From: Candidatus Entotheonellaceae bacterium
Lineage (GTDB): Bacteria; Tectomicrobia; Entotheonellia; Entotheonellales; Entotheonellaceae
Direction: 5' to 3'
DNA: 64,000 nt
Assembly (NCBI GenBank): GCA_965238075.1
Contig: OZ250173.1
Span: forward strand, 960,001-1,024,000
The position numbers and the translations under genes are program-made. The notes beneath the pieces were generated by a model. The model made no database searches, was not told where the DNA came from, and saw only the letters and a list, made by a program, of their open reading frames with translations. Positions 1 through 10,212 of this stretch are shown here, one piece after another (the stretch's first letter is position 1; each line of letters begins with the position of its first letter).

Positions 1-1187
1 AATTTGTTGCGCGAGTCGTCGATGGACCAGGAGCAGTTCGTCCGCATCAAAATGCCGCGCTGCATGGCGGCGATCATGGCGTCGAGGCTAGCGTCGCCCG
101 GCTCGAGGTTGAGGTTCGCCATGCGGTCAATCGGCGGCCGGTTCCAGCTACAGGCGCGGGAAGTCGCCACCCCCGGCACATCGGCGCGCACCTGCGAGGT
201 GAGGCCGCCGAGGGCACGCTGCAGGATGCCATTTCGGATGAGGTAGGCGTGCTGCGCCGGCTGGCCGTCGTCGTCGAAGCCGTAACTGGCGAACGCTTCC
301 GGCTGCGTGGGATCGAAGGTGACGTTCAGGAGGTCGGAGCCGTAGCGGTAAGTGCCAAACATGTCGGGGGTGACGAAGCTGGTGCCGGCGTAGTTTCTCT
401 CGTCGCCGAGGATGCGGTCGAGTTCCAGCGGGTGACCGATCGACTCGTGGATTTGCAGAATCATCTGGTCAGGCGCCAGCAGCACGTCCATGGTACCGGA
501 GGGGCAATTGGGCGCCAGAAGGAGTTGGATGGCTTCCTCGGCAATACGCGGCGCGGCTTGACGGAAGCCGAGATGGTCGAGGACCTCAAGGCCGCCCTGG
601 CGGCAATAGCCGCGTCCGCCGAAGGTGCGGGTCTGCGTTTCCGGGCCGTCATTGGCGGTGGCGCTGAGCGACGGCACGAGGGTGCGGAACGATTGGTGCA
701 CGCGCCCGCCGTCGGCAGTGAGGTAAAGGGTATCAACGTCGGTGTGCCACAGCGAAGCGTCCCAATCGACAATGCGCGGGTCGATGTTAAGGCGGGCACA
801 TTCGCGTTGCAGCAGGTCGATCTTGTCCGCCAACGGGACGTTTTGCCAAGGTTCGACCTCCGGGCTGGCGTAGTCGCCCTTGGGCGGCTCCATGACAATT
901 TTCGAAAAGTCCACCACGCTGTGGGCGGCACTTTCGCGGGCCCACTGACGCGCCTCGTCAACCGCCTGGCGCAGGCCGCTCGGGCTCAGATCGCTGGTGG
1001 CGGCGTAGCCCATACCGCCGCCGTCCCACACGGTGAGCATGGCGCCGCGGTCCTCAGAAGTGACGACCGGCTGCAGCACGTCCTGCCGCACCGCGAGAAG
1101 CTCGGAGCGCTCGCTGACCAGGCGCAAGGAGCAGAAATCAACGGCCGGAACGACCTGACGAAAGTGCGCTTCGATGGGATCGGACAT
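1..1187 (-). CDS. TldD/PmbA family metalloprotease (3' end runs off the window)
   Basis: Manual translation from ATG 1187 (RBS GAGGAG): MSDPIEAHFRQVV...QMILQIHESIGHPLELDRILGDERNYAGTSF...RTNCSWSIDDSRNK, with the TldD HExxGH motif. Not in the ORF track because there is no stop in the window. Confidence 0.9.
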   Translation of the reverse strand, partial: MSDPIEAHFRQVVPAVDFCSLRLVSERSELLAVRQDVLQPVVTSEDRGAMLTVWDGGGMGYAATSDLSPSGLRQAVDEARQWARESAAHSVVDFSKIVMEPPKGDYASPEVEPWQNVPLADKIDLLQRECARLNIDPRIVDWDASLWHTDVDTLYLTADGGRVHQSFRTLVPSLSATANDGPETQTRTFGGRGYCRQGGLEVLDHLGFRQAAPRIAEEAIQLLLAPNCPSGTMDVLLAPDQMILQIHESIGHPLELDRILGDERNYAGTSFVTPDMFGTYRYGSDLLNVTFDPTQPEAFASYGFDDDGQPAQHAYLIRNGILQRALGGLTSQVRADVPGVATSRACSWNRPPIDRMANLNLEPGDASLDAMIAAMQRGILMRTNCSWSIDDSRNK

Positions 1188-1286
1188 GACACAACTCCTC
1201 TGCGGCGCAGGGTTCAGCTTGTCCGCCGGTGCGGCGCCTAGTAGACTGGGTGCAGGTCAACACCTTGAATTAGAAACCATTGTAGC

Positions 1287-2852
1287 ATGCAAACAAGCTC
1301 CCGAGCAGTTGTTCCACCCACCACCGAAAACGCCCCGCCTTATCCTCCCGGCTACGTTTTCTGGTCCATGACGTCCATCGTCCTGGGCGGCTATATCAGT
1401 GTCCTCAATGTGCACGTGATCAACATCGTCATCCCCAACATGATGAGCGATTTGAGCACCGACGTGGTGACCATCCGCTGGGTGGTCACGGCATTCATGC
1501 TGGCCAACGCGGTGGTAATTCCGCTCGTTGGCTGGATCAGCCGGACGCTGGGCACCCGCGAATTGTACATCGTCGGGCTGGCGATATTCACCGGCAGCGC
1601 GGTGCTGTGCAGCCTGGTGGGCAACGTCTGGGTACTGGTCGGCCTGCGCGTCGTGCAGGGGCTCGGCGGCGGCGTCATCATGCCGGTAACCATGCTATTG
1701 ATGCTGGACATCTTCCCAGCGGAAAAGCGCGGCCTGGGCACGGCCATCTGGGGCATGGGGGCGTCGTGCGGCGCGCTCACGGGCATTCCGCTGGGGGGCT
1801 TCGTCACCGACTGGCTGAGCTGGCGCGCCGCGTTCTTCATCAACCTGCCGGCGGGAATTGTGGCGCTGCTGATCGCCATCTTCATCATGCGCCGGTCGCC
1901 GCGCCAGTCGGGCGTACCGCTTGACTGGTGGGGATTTCTGACGCTGTCCACCGCCCTGGTAACCCTGCTCCTGGCGCTGAGTGACGGCCAGCGCCTGGGA
2001 TGGGACAGTATTCGGATCGTCACGTTGTTCGGCATCTGCGGCCTGGCTTCGCTGGCGTTTTTACTGCTTGAGTCGTACGTCAGCGTGCCGTTGATCGACC
2101 TCAGCACGTTTCGCAGCCGGCCCTACGCCATCGCGATTGTCCTCAGCCTGATTGCCGGCGCGATGTTCAACGGCGGACCGTTTCTGCTGTCGCTGTTCCT
2201 GCAGCAGGCGTACGACCTGTCGGTGTGGCACACGGCGTTGATCATGTTCCCCAGCTCGGCGTCCATGGTCCTGTTTACCTCGGTCACCGGCTGGGCCAGC
2301 GACCGCATTGACACGCGTGTACTGATGGTGCTGGGCTACCTGTGCTACGGCACCTTCGGAGCGCTGATGATGTTCGCCGATCTGAGGTTGTCGCTGCTGG
2401 CCATCTTGCTGATTTACTTTGGCCGCGGACTGGGGCTGGGGCTGTCCTATCCGGTGCTCTATCCGGTCGGCATCAGCGGCCTGCCGGCGGCGCAGGCGAA
2501 AACGGCGACCACGATCCTCAACCTGTGCATCGTGCTCGGCGGCGCGCTGGTGGTGTCGCTGCTGGCGGCTCTGCTGGATCAGCGGCATCAGATCCACCAA
2601 GCAATGTTGGCCGAGACGCAGGCATTGCCGGCGGTCGGGACGCAACACGGGCTGCGGGTGTTTGAAATGCTCGCCGCGCAACTCGACGGCGCGGCGGCGC
2701 CGGCAACCCAAGCCAAATTCCTGCTGGGCCGTTTCGTCAACCAGGAGGCGCTGTTGTTGGCCTTCAACGATTGCTTCTCGGTGTTCGTGGTGATTTCGCT
2801 GGCCGGTATTGTGTTGGCGCTATTCTTCCGGCGGGCGTCACAGCGGTTTTGA
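1287..2852 (+). CDS. DHA2 (EmrB/QacA) MFS efflux transporter
   Basis: About 14 hydrophobic segments; motifs WVVTAFMLA, RVVQGLGGG, WRAAFFINLP; C-terminal 'AFNDCF'. Confidence 0.9.
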   Translation: MQTSSRAVVPPTTENAPPYPPGYVFWSMTSIVLGGYISVLNVHVINIVIPNMMSDLSTDVVTIRWVVTAFMLANAVVIPLVGWISRTLGTRELYIVGLAIFTGSAVLCSLVGNVWVLVGLRVVQGLGGGVIMPVTMLLMLDIFPAEKRGLGTAIWGMGASCGALTGIPLGGFVTDWLSWRAAFFINLPAGIVALLIAIFIMRRSPRQSGVPLDWWGFLTLSTALVTLLLALSDGQRLGWDSIRIVTLFGICGLASLAFLLLESYVSVPLIDLSTFRSRPYAIAIVLSLIAGAMFNGGPFLLSLFLQQAYDLSVWHTALIMFPSSASMVLFTSVTGWASDRIDTRVLMVLGYLCYGTFGALMMFADLRLSLLAILLIYFGRGLGLGLSYPVLYPVGISGLPAAQAKTATTILNLCIVLGGALVVSLLAALLDQRHQIHQAMLAETQALPAVGTQHGLRVFEMLAAQLDGAAAPATQAKFLLGRFVNQEALLLAFNDCFSVFVVISLAGIVLALFFRRASQRF

Positions 2853-4628
2853 GGCGTTCCCGCAAGCAGGGAACGGCTCCGCCGGCCCCGCCAGCCAGGC
2901 AGCCCTGCGAGCCAACTGAGCGTCGCCAGCGTCGGGATGCGGCTCCAGTTTCCAGACATTCGGCGGTTCGGCTTCAAGGACAATATCGAGCCGCCGCAGG
3001 CGGTCGCGGCGGGCGATGAGCACGGACACGCGGATGCCGGATTGGTACTGCTTGAGCCGTGCTTTCCACTGGTCCGGCAGTACACGATCGTCGTCAACGG
3101 CCAGGATTTCGTCGTCAACGTTAAAGCCGGCGTGCCAGCCTGGCGTTTCGCGCCGCACCTGCGAAACCAGCAGGCGGCCCCGAACGACGCGCGTCTCCAG
3201 GCCGGTCCAGCCTCCCGCTACGCAAGACGCCTTATCCGAGGCGAAGCGCAGCCCCAGCCAATTCAAGGCCTCCGTGTAGTCCAATTCCGCCGTGGTTTCC
3301 AACGTGCTGACGAACCAATCCTGCAGGGATATTTTCGCCACCTCTTGCGCCACGGCGCGGAATTCTTCACGGGTAAAACCCCGTACCCCCGAATAACGCG
3401 TGTAAGCCAGTCGCAGCACGTCGTCGAGGTTGTTGGCATCGTCCGTGGCGGCGCGGATTTTGGCGTCCAGCAGGAAGGCGACGACGGCACCCTTGGTGTA
3501 GTAACTGATGGTGGTGTTGGGGGAATTCTCGTCACTGCGATAGAGCTTGACCCAGGCGTCGTACGAGGCCATCTCCAAGGGGTGGACGAGCCGCCCGGGG
3601 GTGGTCTGCAAGCGCCGGGTCAGGCCGGAAAGGCCGTCGAGGAATTCCGCATCGCTGCACAGCCCGGCGCGCCGCACGCCCAGCCCGGTGTAGTAGGCCG
3701 TAACGCCTTCGGCGATCCACAGGTTTTTGGTATATACTTCGCGCTCATAATCAAAAGGCCCTAATTCCACCGGACGCAGCCGCTTGACGTTCCAGACATG
3801 GAAGTATTCGTGGCTCACCAATCGCAGCCAATCGAGATAGGGCTCGCGACCGCGGGTGTTCCAGCGATTGGTCATCAGTACGGTGGAATTATGGTGTTCG
3901 AGACCGCCGCCGGCCTGCGTGAGCAAATTCAGGAAGAGGTATTGGTCATAAGGCAGGCGCCCGCCCCACATGCGCCAATGGGCGTGCACGATTTTTTCCG
4001 TGTCCGTGGCCGAACACGGGCCGTCCCATACACCGGCTTCGCCCTCGTTGACCAGATAGTGCGGCTTGCCGTCAACCTCGAACGTGTGAACGGCAGGGTT
4101 GCCGGCGAGGATGGGCGTATCGACGAGCGTGTCGAAATCGGTAGCTCGGTAGCCGTGCTCACCGAGTTCGTGCCTGGCGGGCAGGCCGGTCATGATCGTT
4201 GCCCAGTTTGGCGGCGGGATCACTTGCACGTCATGGGGTCTGGGCCCGTCCTCCACGAGGGTCAGGAACGTCGGGGCGCCATTGAGCAGGGCGAAATCGG
4301 CCTCGACCCAGTTGGTGCGAACGGACATTTCGCGGCAGTAGACGCGGTAGGTCACGCGCACCGGATCGGCGGCGCCAGTGTCGACGCGCCAGCGGTTCTT
4401 GCTGATTTTCTCAACGGACAGCGGTTGGCCGTCAACGGCCTCGGCTTCCACGGCTTCGACGTGGCGGGCGTATTCCCGAACAAGATAGGAGCCGGGCGTC
4501 CACACGGCCATGCGGAGGTCGACGGTGGGCCGCCCGCCCGTGGGAATCGTCATGGCCACCTCGACGTAGTGGGTATGCGGGGCCGGGAATTGCAACGTAT
4601 AGTGCAGTGGTTCGGGTGCGTTGAGCAT
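2838..4628 (-). CDS. M61 family metallo-aminopeptidase with PDZ domain
   Basis: WTPGSY, GGLEH, HEYFHVWNVKR, YYTKG motifs and a C-terminal PDZ; start moved to ATG 4628. Confidence 0.92.
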   Translation of the reverse strand: MLNAPEPLHYTLQFPAPHTHYVEVAMTIPTGGRPTVDLRMAVWTPGSYLVREYARHVEAVEAEAVDGQPLSVEKISKNRWRVDTGAADPVRVTYRVYCREMSVRTNWVEADFALLNGAPTFLTLVEDGPRPHDVQVIPPPNWATIMTGLPARHELGEHGYRATDFDTLVDTPILAGNPAVHTFEVDGKPHYLVNEGEAGVWDGPCSATDTEKIVHAHWRMWGGRLPYDQYLFLNLLTQAGGGLEHHNSTVLMTNRWNTRGREPYLDWLRLVSHEYFHVWNVKRLRPVELGPFDYEREVYTKNLWIAEGVTAYYTGLGVRRAGLCSDAEFLDGLSGLTRRLQTTPGRLVHPLEMASYDAWVKLYRSDENSPNTTISYYTKGAVVAFLLDAKIRAATDDANNLDDVLRLAYTRYSGVRGFTREEFRAVAQEVAKISLQDWFVSTLETTAELDYTEALNWLGLRFASDKASCVAGGWTGLETRVVRGRLLVSQVRRETPGWHAGFNVDDEILAVDDDRVLPDQWKARLKQYQSGIRVSVLIARRDRLRRLDIVLEAEPPNVWKLEPHPDAGDAQLARRAAWLAGPAEPFPACGNASKPL

Positions 4629-4786
4629 GGTAACTCCAGCGGTGCGGCGGCCCCCCGGATATGTGCCGAGGGCAAGGTTCCGGGCCGGTTGGTCGTCTCT
4701 GATGGGCAAAGCGGCCTAGCTTACGCCGTGCGGGGCCGGCGCAGCAAGGCCGCGATCGCTATCGGGCCACAGAAAGGTGTGATGAC

Positions 4787-6328
4787 GTGAAGGAATACTG
4801 GATGACAAGGCGCTTCTGGGCGGGACTCGTCGTGATTGCCGCCTGCGTTGGCTTGGCTGGCGACCTGTTGGCGTTCTCGGTCGGAGAAATTGATGTGCAG
4901 AGCGCCGCAAATGAGCCGTTCCGCGCCGAAGTGCCTTTCGTTCTGGAGCCCCACGAACGCGACAGGGACCTCGAAGTACTGATCGGAACGCCACAGGATT
5001 ACCAGCTTGAGAAACTCCCGCGGGCGCCCATCCTCGAACACATGCACGTCATTGTGGCCCCGGACAAGCGGGACACGGTACGTATTTTCTCGAACGTGCC
5101 CATCACGGACGAAGTCTTTGACCTGATCGTGCTGGTGCGCTCGGGAAAGCTGACCTTCGTGCGCCATTACCACGTCGAGCTGACCGAGGCGGCGACCCCA
5201 GAGGCGCAACAGACCACCGTCGTGGGGCCGGTCGTCCGCCAGGCTAACGTTGACCCAATCCCGTCCCCGCAGCCCACCGCTCCTTCCCCACCGCCTGCAA
5301 CGGCGCCCGAACCCGTCACGCCGCCTACGCTGCCGCGCGTTGAAGCGCAAGCCGATTTGCCCGATCTCTACGGACCGATCCGGCAGGGCGAAACGATGTA
5401 CAACATCGTCAGCAAGCTCGACGTGCCCAAGGACCAGATCTGGCAAGCGGTCGTGCTGCTCTGGTCTTTCAATCACGGGGAGTTTGTGCGCGGAAACCTG
5501 CATGGTTTGCGGCTCGGAGCCTACCTGGAAATACCGGGGGATCTTGCCGAGCGGCTGGGCGGTATGAATAAGGAAGCGTCCCAGCAAATCATTCATGGCC
5601 AGTGGCAGGCTTGGCGGCGACGACGCGGGACCACCGCCGCGCAGGTGCTCGCTATGACGGCGGAACTAGCCGTAGAGAAACCAGAACCTGCTGCGGAGAC
5701 TCATGAAGAACCCGTCGACGCCCAGGTCCCGCAATCCGTTGCAACAACCCAGGTAGCCGAGGCGGAAATCCCGCCCGAGGAGCCCGCCCCCGACGACAGC
5801 GCCGCTTCCATTGCACCCCAGCAAGCCCCCGCGATGCCCCCAGTGGCTGAAGTGGCTCCCCCGCCCGAGGAACCCGTTCCCGATGACAGCACCGCCGCGG
5901 TTGCACCCCCGCAAGTCGTGCGGCTGCCCACGGATGAGGGATCGTCTTTTGTCAGCACGCAGGAGTTGAAATTGCTCCTGGGAAATCTGGAAAATCGCCT
6001 GTTGCGCCGTCTGGCGCCCGTGCAGGAACCCCGCGGAACGGCCCCGTTCGTGAGTCCGATGGAGCTTCAAGTATCGCTGCAGGATTTGGAGAGCCGTCTC
6101 ACTCGACGGGTTGAGCAGATGGTCACCCAAGGGGGAGCGCCGCCATACCGCGAACCGTCCGCACAACCGAGCCCGGCGCCCATGCCGCCCGGCAGCTTCG
6201 AGTTTATCGCCGGTATACAGATGCCGCCCGTGGCTTACCTTCTAACCCTGATCAACGTGGTTCTGCTGGTGTTCGGCTTGACCCTGGGCTGGCGCTGGTG
6301 GAAGCAGAACGCCAAGGGCGAGGCGTAG
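4787..6328 (+). CDS. FimV/HubP-like polar landmark protein (signal peptide, LysM-like domain, Pro-rich linker, C-terminal TM)
   Basis: FimV-type N-terminus (VGEIDVQSAANEPFRAEV); LysM-like YGPIRQGETMYNI...GNLHGLRLGAYLEIP; TM near the C-terminus. Confidence 0.7.
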   Translation: MKEYWMTRRFWAGLVVIAACVGLAGDLLAFSVGEIDVQSAANEPFRAEVPFVLEPHERDRDLEVLIGTPQDYQLEKLPRAPILEHMHVIVAPDKRDTVRIFSNVPITDEVFDLIVLVRSGKLTFVRHYHVELTEAATPEAQQTTVVGPVVRQANVDPIPSPQPTAPSPPPATAPEPVTPPTLPRVEAQADLPDLYGPIRQGETMYNIVSKLDVPKDQIWQAVVLLWSFNHGEFVRGNLHGLRLGAYLEIPGDLAERLGGMNKEASQQIIHGQWQAWRRRRGTTAAQVLAMTAELAVEKPEPAAETHEEPVDAQVPQSVATTQVAEAEIPPEEPAPDDSAASIAPQQAPAMPPVAEVAPPPEEPVPDDSTAAVAPPQVVRLPTDEGSSFVSTQELKLLLGNLENRLLRRLAPVQEPRGTAPFVSPMELQVSLQDLESRLTRRVEQMVTQGGAPPYREPSAQPSPAPMPPGSFEFIAGIQMPPVAYLLTLINVVLLVFGLTLGWRWWKQNAKGEA

Positions 6329-6353
6329 GGCGCTTGTCGCCGGTACGCTCGGA

Positions 6354-7712
6354 TTACGGGGTGGGACTGCCGGAAAGCAGATCAAGCAGGCCGGTTTCAT
6401 CCAGTTGCTGCTGCATGCCGGAAGCCAGATGCTTCAGGGTGTATTTCTGCTGGGCGAGTTCATCGGAACCGATGATCAGCGCGTAGGGTATCTGCAAGTC
6501 GTCCACCGTGGCGAGTTGGCGGCCCAACTTGGATTGTTCCGGATACAATTCAACCCTGACGCCACCCTGGCGCAGCCGCGAAGCCAGCCCGACAACGGGT
6601 GCTAACGGCGTCTCGGGCAATGGGCAGATCATGACTTCGGCGGACATGGGCAAGGCCGGAAACAGGCCCTTTTCGTCCATGAGCAGAAGGATGCGCTCGA
6701 GGCCGAGTGAGAAGCCGACCGCCGGGACCTGCTTGCCGCTGAACATGCCAACCAGATTGTCGTATCGCCCGCCGCCGCCCAGCGAGCCGCTGAAGTCGCT
6801 GGAAACGACTTCGAAGATGGGCCCCGTGTAATAGCTCAAACCACGCGCCAATCCCGGCATCAACCGCAGCAGGGGGGCGCTGGGTGCTTCGGCGGTGAGA
6901 CAGAAGAGGTTTTCCAAGTCATCGAGGGCCTGTTGGGCGGGCGTCAAGGGGAGAAGATCGCGCAACGCCTTGAGCCGCTGGGCATTGTCGCTTCCCTCGG
7001 ACACGACGGTACAATCCAGCAGGTGGCGCGCTGCCGGCGCCGGAATGCCGCGCTCGACGAGTTCATCCTGCACCCCGTCCACGCCGATTTTGTCCAGCTT
7101 GTCGATGGCCACCAAGGCGGTTTCTTCCTGATCCGGCGCCAATCCAGCGACCTCAATCATGCTGCGTAACAGAACCCGGTGGTTGATGGCGATCGTGCAG
7201 TTGCGAAAGCCAAGGTCCTGCAGCACGTCGCTGATGGCGTTCAGCACCTCGGCTTCGGCGATCAGGGACCGGGTGCCAGTGACGTCCACGTCACACTGAT
7301 AAAACTCACGGAAACGGCCCTTGGCGGGCCGGTCGGCACGCCACACCGGCTGGATTTGGTAGCGTTTGAAGAAGCGGGGAAGCTGGTGCCCGTATTGGGC
7401 CACGACCCGCGCCAGCGGCACGGTCAGGTCGTAGCGCAATCCCAACTCCGCCAGGTCGGCCTGCTGCACCCCATCTTGGGCCAGGGCGCGGTTCAGCTTG
7501 TCGCCGCGATGCAGAATGCGGTACAGCAACTGGTCGCCCTCGTCTCCGTACTTGCCGATCAGCGTCGTCAGATTCTCCATTGTGGGGGTTTCCAGGGGTA
7601 GGAATCCGTACCGCTGGAAGATCCGTTCGGCCTTTGCCATGACATAACGACGCTTGCGGACGACTTCAGGCAGATAATCCCGCATGCCGCTTGGCGGCTT
7701 GGTGCTGACCAT
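6354..7712 (-). CDS. hisS: Histidine--tRNA ligase
   Basis: GMRDYLP, LRYDLTVPLAR, GRFREFYQCD, RGLSYYTG, GGGRYD motifs. Confidence 0.97.
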   Translation of the reverse strand: MVSTKPPSGMRDYLPEVVRKRRYVMAKAERIFQRYGFLPLETPTMENLTTLIGKYGDEGDQLLYRILHRGDKLNRALAQDGVQQADLAELGLRYDLTVPLARVVAQYGHQLPRFFKRYQIQPVWRADRPAKGRFREFYQCDVDVTGTRSLIAEAEVLNAISDVLQDLGFRNCTIAINHRVLLRSMIEVAGLAPDQEETALVAIDKLDKIGVDGVQDELVERGIPAPAARHLLDCTVVSEGSDNAQRLKALRDLLPLTPAQQALDDLENLFCLTAEAPSAPLLRLMPGLARGLSYYTGPIFEVVSSDFSGSLGGGGRYDNLVGMFSGKQVPAVGFSLGLERILLLMDEKGLFPALPMSAEVMICPLPETPLAPVVGLASRLRQGGVRVELYPEQSKLGRQLATVDDLQIPYALIIGSDELAQQKYTLKHLASGMQQQLDETGLLDLLSGSPTP

Positions 7713-7865
7713 GAATTTTCCCTTTTGGATTGGACGGCTGGACTTGGTTGGCAAGGCTGCATTATAAGGCATCAAAGCTTGCTAGCCAGCAGCGTTTGCA
7801 TAAGCGCCGGTGTTTAGGATATATACAGAATCTTCGCTTCAGGGCACGTTAAAGGAGGCCCGATC

Positions 7866-8345
7866 ATGCTGGGAAGACAGCCTGGGCTGGTATTCACAGT
7901 GGCGGTCGTCTTTTTGGCTTTGTTCACTGCGCCATCGGCACAGTCAACAAGCCACGGCGCGTTTCCCGGCCCCGAGTACGGCCCGACAGAGGTTGTCCGC
8001 ATACAGGTTCAAGCCCTTGCCAACAACGACACGCCGTACCCGAACGCCGGTATCGAGGTGGCGTTCCGGTTTGCTTCCCCGGCAAACAAGCGGGTTACCG
8101 GCCCCCTGTGGCGCTTCATCCGGCTACTTTATGACCCCACGTACCGACCGTTTTTGCACCACAAAGTCGCACACTTCGGGCAGGTTGATATCCAGGGTTC
8201 TGAGGCGACCCAAACCGTGATTCTGACAACGGCCGAGGGCCAGCGGGTGGGCTACGTCTTCCGCCTTTCCAAGCAGCGGGGAGCCCCGTGTAAAGCGTGC
8301 TGGATGACGGACGGCGTGTGGCGCATAGACTTGCAGGAAGCGTAG
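7866..8345 (+). CDS. DUF4864-like secreted protein
   Basis: Signal peptide, then EVVRIQVQALANND...AFRFASP...CWMTDGV. Confidence 0.7.
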   Translation: MLGRQPGLVFTVAVVFLALFTAPSAQSTSHGAFPGPEYGPTEVVRIQVQALANNDTPYPNAGIEVAFRFASPANKRVTGPLWRFIRLLYDPTYRPFLHHKVAHFGQVDIQGSEATQTVILTTAEGQRVGYVFRLSKQRGAPCKACWMTDGVWRIDLQEA

Positions 8346-8366
8346 GCGCAGGAGAAAGGGGCCATC

Positions 8367-8806
8367 ATGAAATACCTGGTGCTGTTCGCTTTGGTTTTGG
8401 CAGCCGCGCGGCCTTGGCCGCCGACGGCTTTACCCAGCAGGATCGGGACCTGTTGATCGAATTGAAGGCACGCGTTGATCAATTCGAAAAGCGGATGGAT
8501 GAGCGTTTTGAAAAAGTCGACAAGCGCTTCGAGCAGGTCGACAAACGCTTTGAACAGGTCAACAATCGTTTCGGTGACATGTTCAACTACTTCTATATCC
8601 TGACCGGCATCTTTACGACCATCATGGTGGCGAACATCGGTTTCGCCTTCTGGGATCGGCGTACCATCATCCGGCAGGCGCGGCAGGAAGCAATCGAATT
8701 CATCGAGCGGGAAGTGTTATCGCGCCGACTGCTCGAAACCCTCCGCACGGTGGCTCAGGAGGATGCCAACTTAGCCGAAGCCATGCGCCGCTTTAATCTG
8801 CTCTAG
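8367..8806 (+). pseudogene. Secreted/membrane coiled-coil protein (DKRFEQV heptads) with an apparent 1-nt frameshift near 8403-8410
   Basis: RBS and ATG 8367 give the signal peptide MKYLVLFALVLAAA. The continuation ALAADGFTQQDRDLLIELK...RFEQVDKRFEQV...TM lies in the -1 frame. Confidence 0.65.
8501..8572 (+). repeat. 21-bp degenerate tandem repeat encoding RFE(K/Q)VDK heptads
   Basis: gagcgttttgaaaaagtcgac / aagcgcttcgagcaggtcgac / aaacgctttgaacaggtcaac. Confidence 0.8.
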
Positions 8807-8875
8807 GCGCGGCCGTGAACCGCCGCCCCGCTCGACCGCGCGAAAGCCCTGCCGAGTGCCCTCTCGTCCCCCTGT

Positions 8876-10018
8876 CTAGACGTCGAAACCGAACATCCTG
8901 ACGGCATTATCGGCGGTGATCTTGCGCCGCACCTCGTCGGGCGCATCGGCAAAGATGCGGTCGAGAAACTGCTGCGAGCGCGGCCACGTGGACTCCGCGT
9001 GCGGAAAGTCATTGCCCCACAGCATGTTGTCCGTGCCGATCAGGTCGCGCAGCCGAATGCCGATCTCGTCCTCCATGAACTCCACAAACATGTTGCGCTG
9101 CCAGTAATCGCTGGGCAGCATGCCCTCGCGTGAGCGCCAGCGCTGGTTGATGAGGGGCCGTTCGCGGTAGGTAAAATCCATTTGCTGCAGCCAGTGGGGC
9201 ACCCAGGCGGTTTCGTGTTCCACCGAGCCGACCTTCAGGCGCGGGTAGCGTTCGAAAACGCCCGCGAAGATCATGGCCGTTAGCGAGTAACGCACCCAAT
9301 GGTCCATGGTCGCAAACCCCGCCGCCGTGAGCGCGTTGATGTCGATGGTGAATTCGCAGCCGGGAATGCCGCCCCGGTTGGTGCCGATATGCAGCATCAA
9401 AGGCAGGTTGACGTCCTGCGCGGTCCACCACAGGCGGTCGTAAATGGCGTGCCGGTACGGCCGATCCGGCAGCGGATAAACGGGGATAAAGGCGCCGACC
9501 AGGCCCATTTTGGCGCAGCGCTCCAACTCGTAACAGGCTTCGTCGACGTCGTCGACGTTTAGCATGGCGATGCCCTTGAGGCGTTTGGGATCGGCGTTAC
9601 AAAAGTCGACTATCCAGTTGTTGTAAGCGCTGCACAAAGCCGTCAGCAGGGTACTGTCCTCGATGCGGTACCAGAAGAGTCCCTGACTCGGTTGCAGGCA
9701 GGCACCCCACACGCCGTCCACTTCCAATTCCTCGATCATCGCGTGGGGCTCGTAAGCCGCCTTCTTCACGTCCTCCCATATACCGAGGAAGTCCAGCGAG
9801 CCGGGTTCCTCGAAGCGCTTGCCGGCCTGAATGACGGAGCCGACCGTGCCGCAGCGCATGCCGTCGAGATACCAGGCGTCGTATTCCCGGCCCTGGCGCG
9901 TGCGATGCCGCTCCAGACGCGGGGCGGCGTCTCTGAATTTCGGCTCGATCCGGGTGGCGTAAAGATCGGGCGGCTCAACGATATGGGAATCGGCTGAAAT
10001 GACACTGTAAGCGGCCAT
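8876..10018 (-). CDS. Amidohydrolase_2 family protein
   Basis: ISADSHIVEP, LMLHIG, WGNDFPHAES motifs; start at ATG 10018. Confidence 0.9.
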   Translation of the reverse strand: MAAYSVISADSHIVEPPDLYATRIEPKFRDAAPRLERHRTRQGREYDAWYLDGMRCGTVGSVIQAGKRFEEPGSLDFLGIWEDVKKAAYEPHAMIEELEVDGVWGACLQPSQGLFWYRIEDSTLLTALCSAYNNWIVDFCNADPKRLKGIAMLNVDDVDEACYELERCAKMGLVGAFIPVYPLPDRPYRHAIYDRLWWTAQDVNLPLMLHIGTNRGGIPGCEFTIDINALTAAGFATMDHWVRYSLTAMIFAGVFERYPRLKVGSVEHETAWVPHWLQQMDFTYRERPLINQRWRSREGMLPSDYWQRNMFVEFMEDEIGIRLRDLIGTDNMLWGNDFPHAESTWPRSQQFLDRIFADAPDEVRRKITADNAVRMFGFDV

Positions 10019-10212
10019 CGCTCTCTCCTGTGCGCACAAGTAACTGCCGGGCCGGCCTTCCACAGGTCGGCGTCCAAGGCCTCGGGTTTCAAAAAACTGG
10101 CGAGGTATGGTAAACAATGCCCGGCAGGCAGTCAACGCGGCGTCGCGGTGAGCAGCAAGGCGAATGATGCAACGCCCAAAAGCGTCATTCCTTAGCAGGA
10201 AAGGAGTATGTC

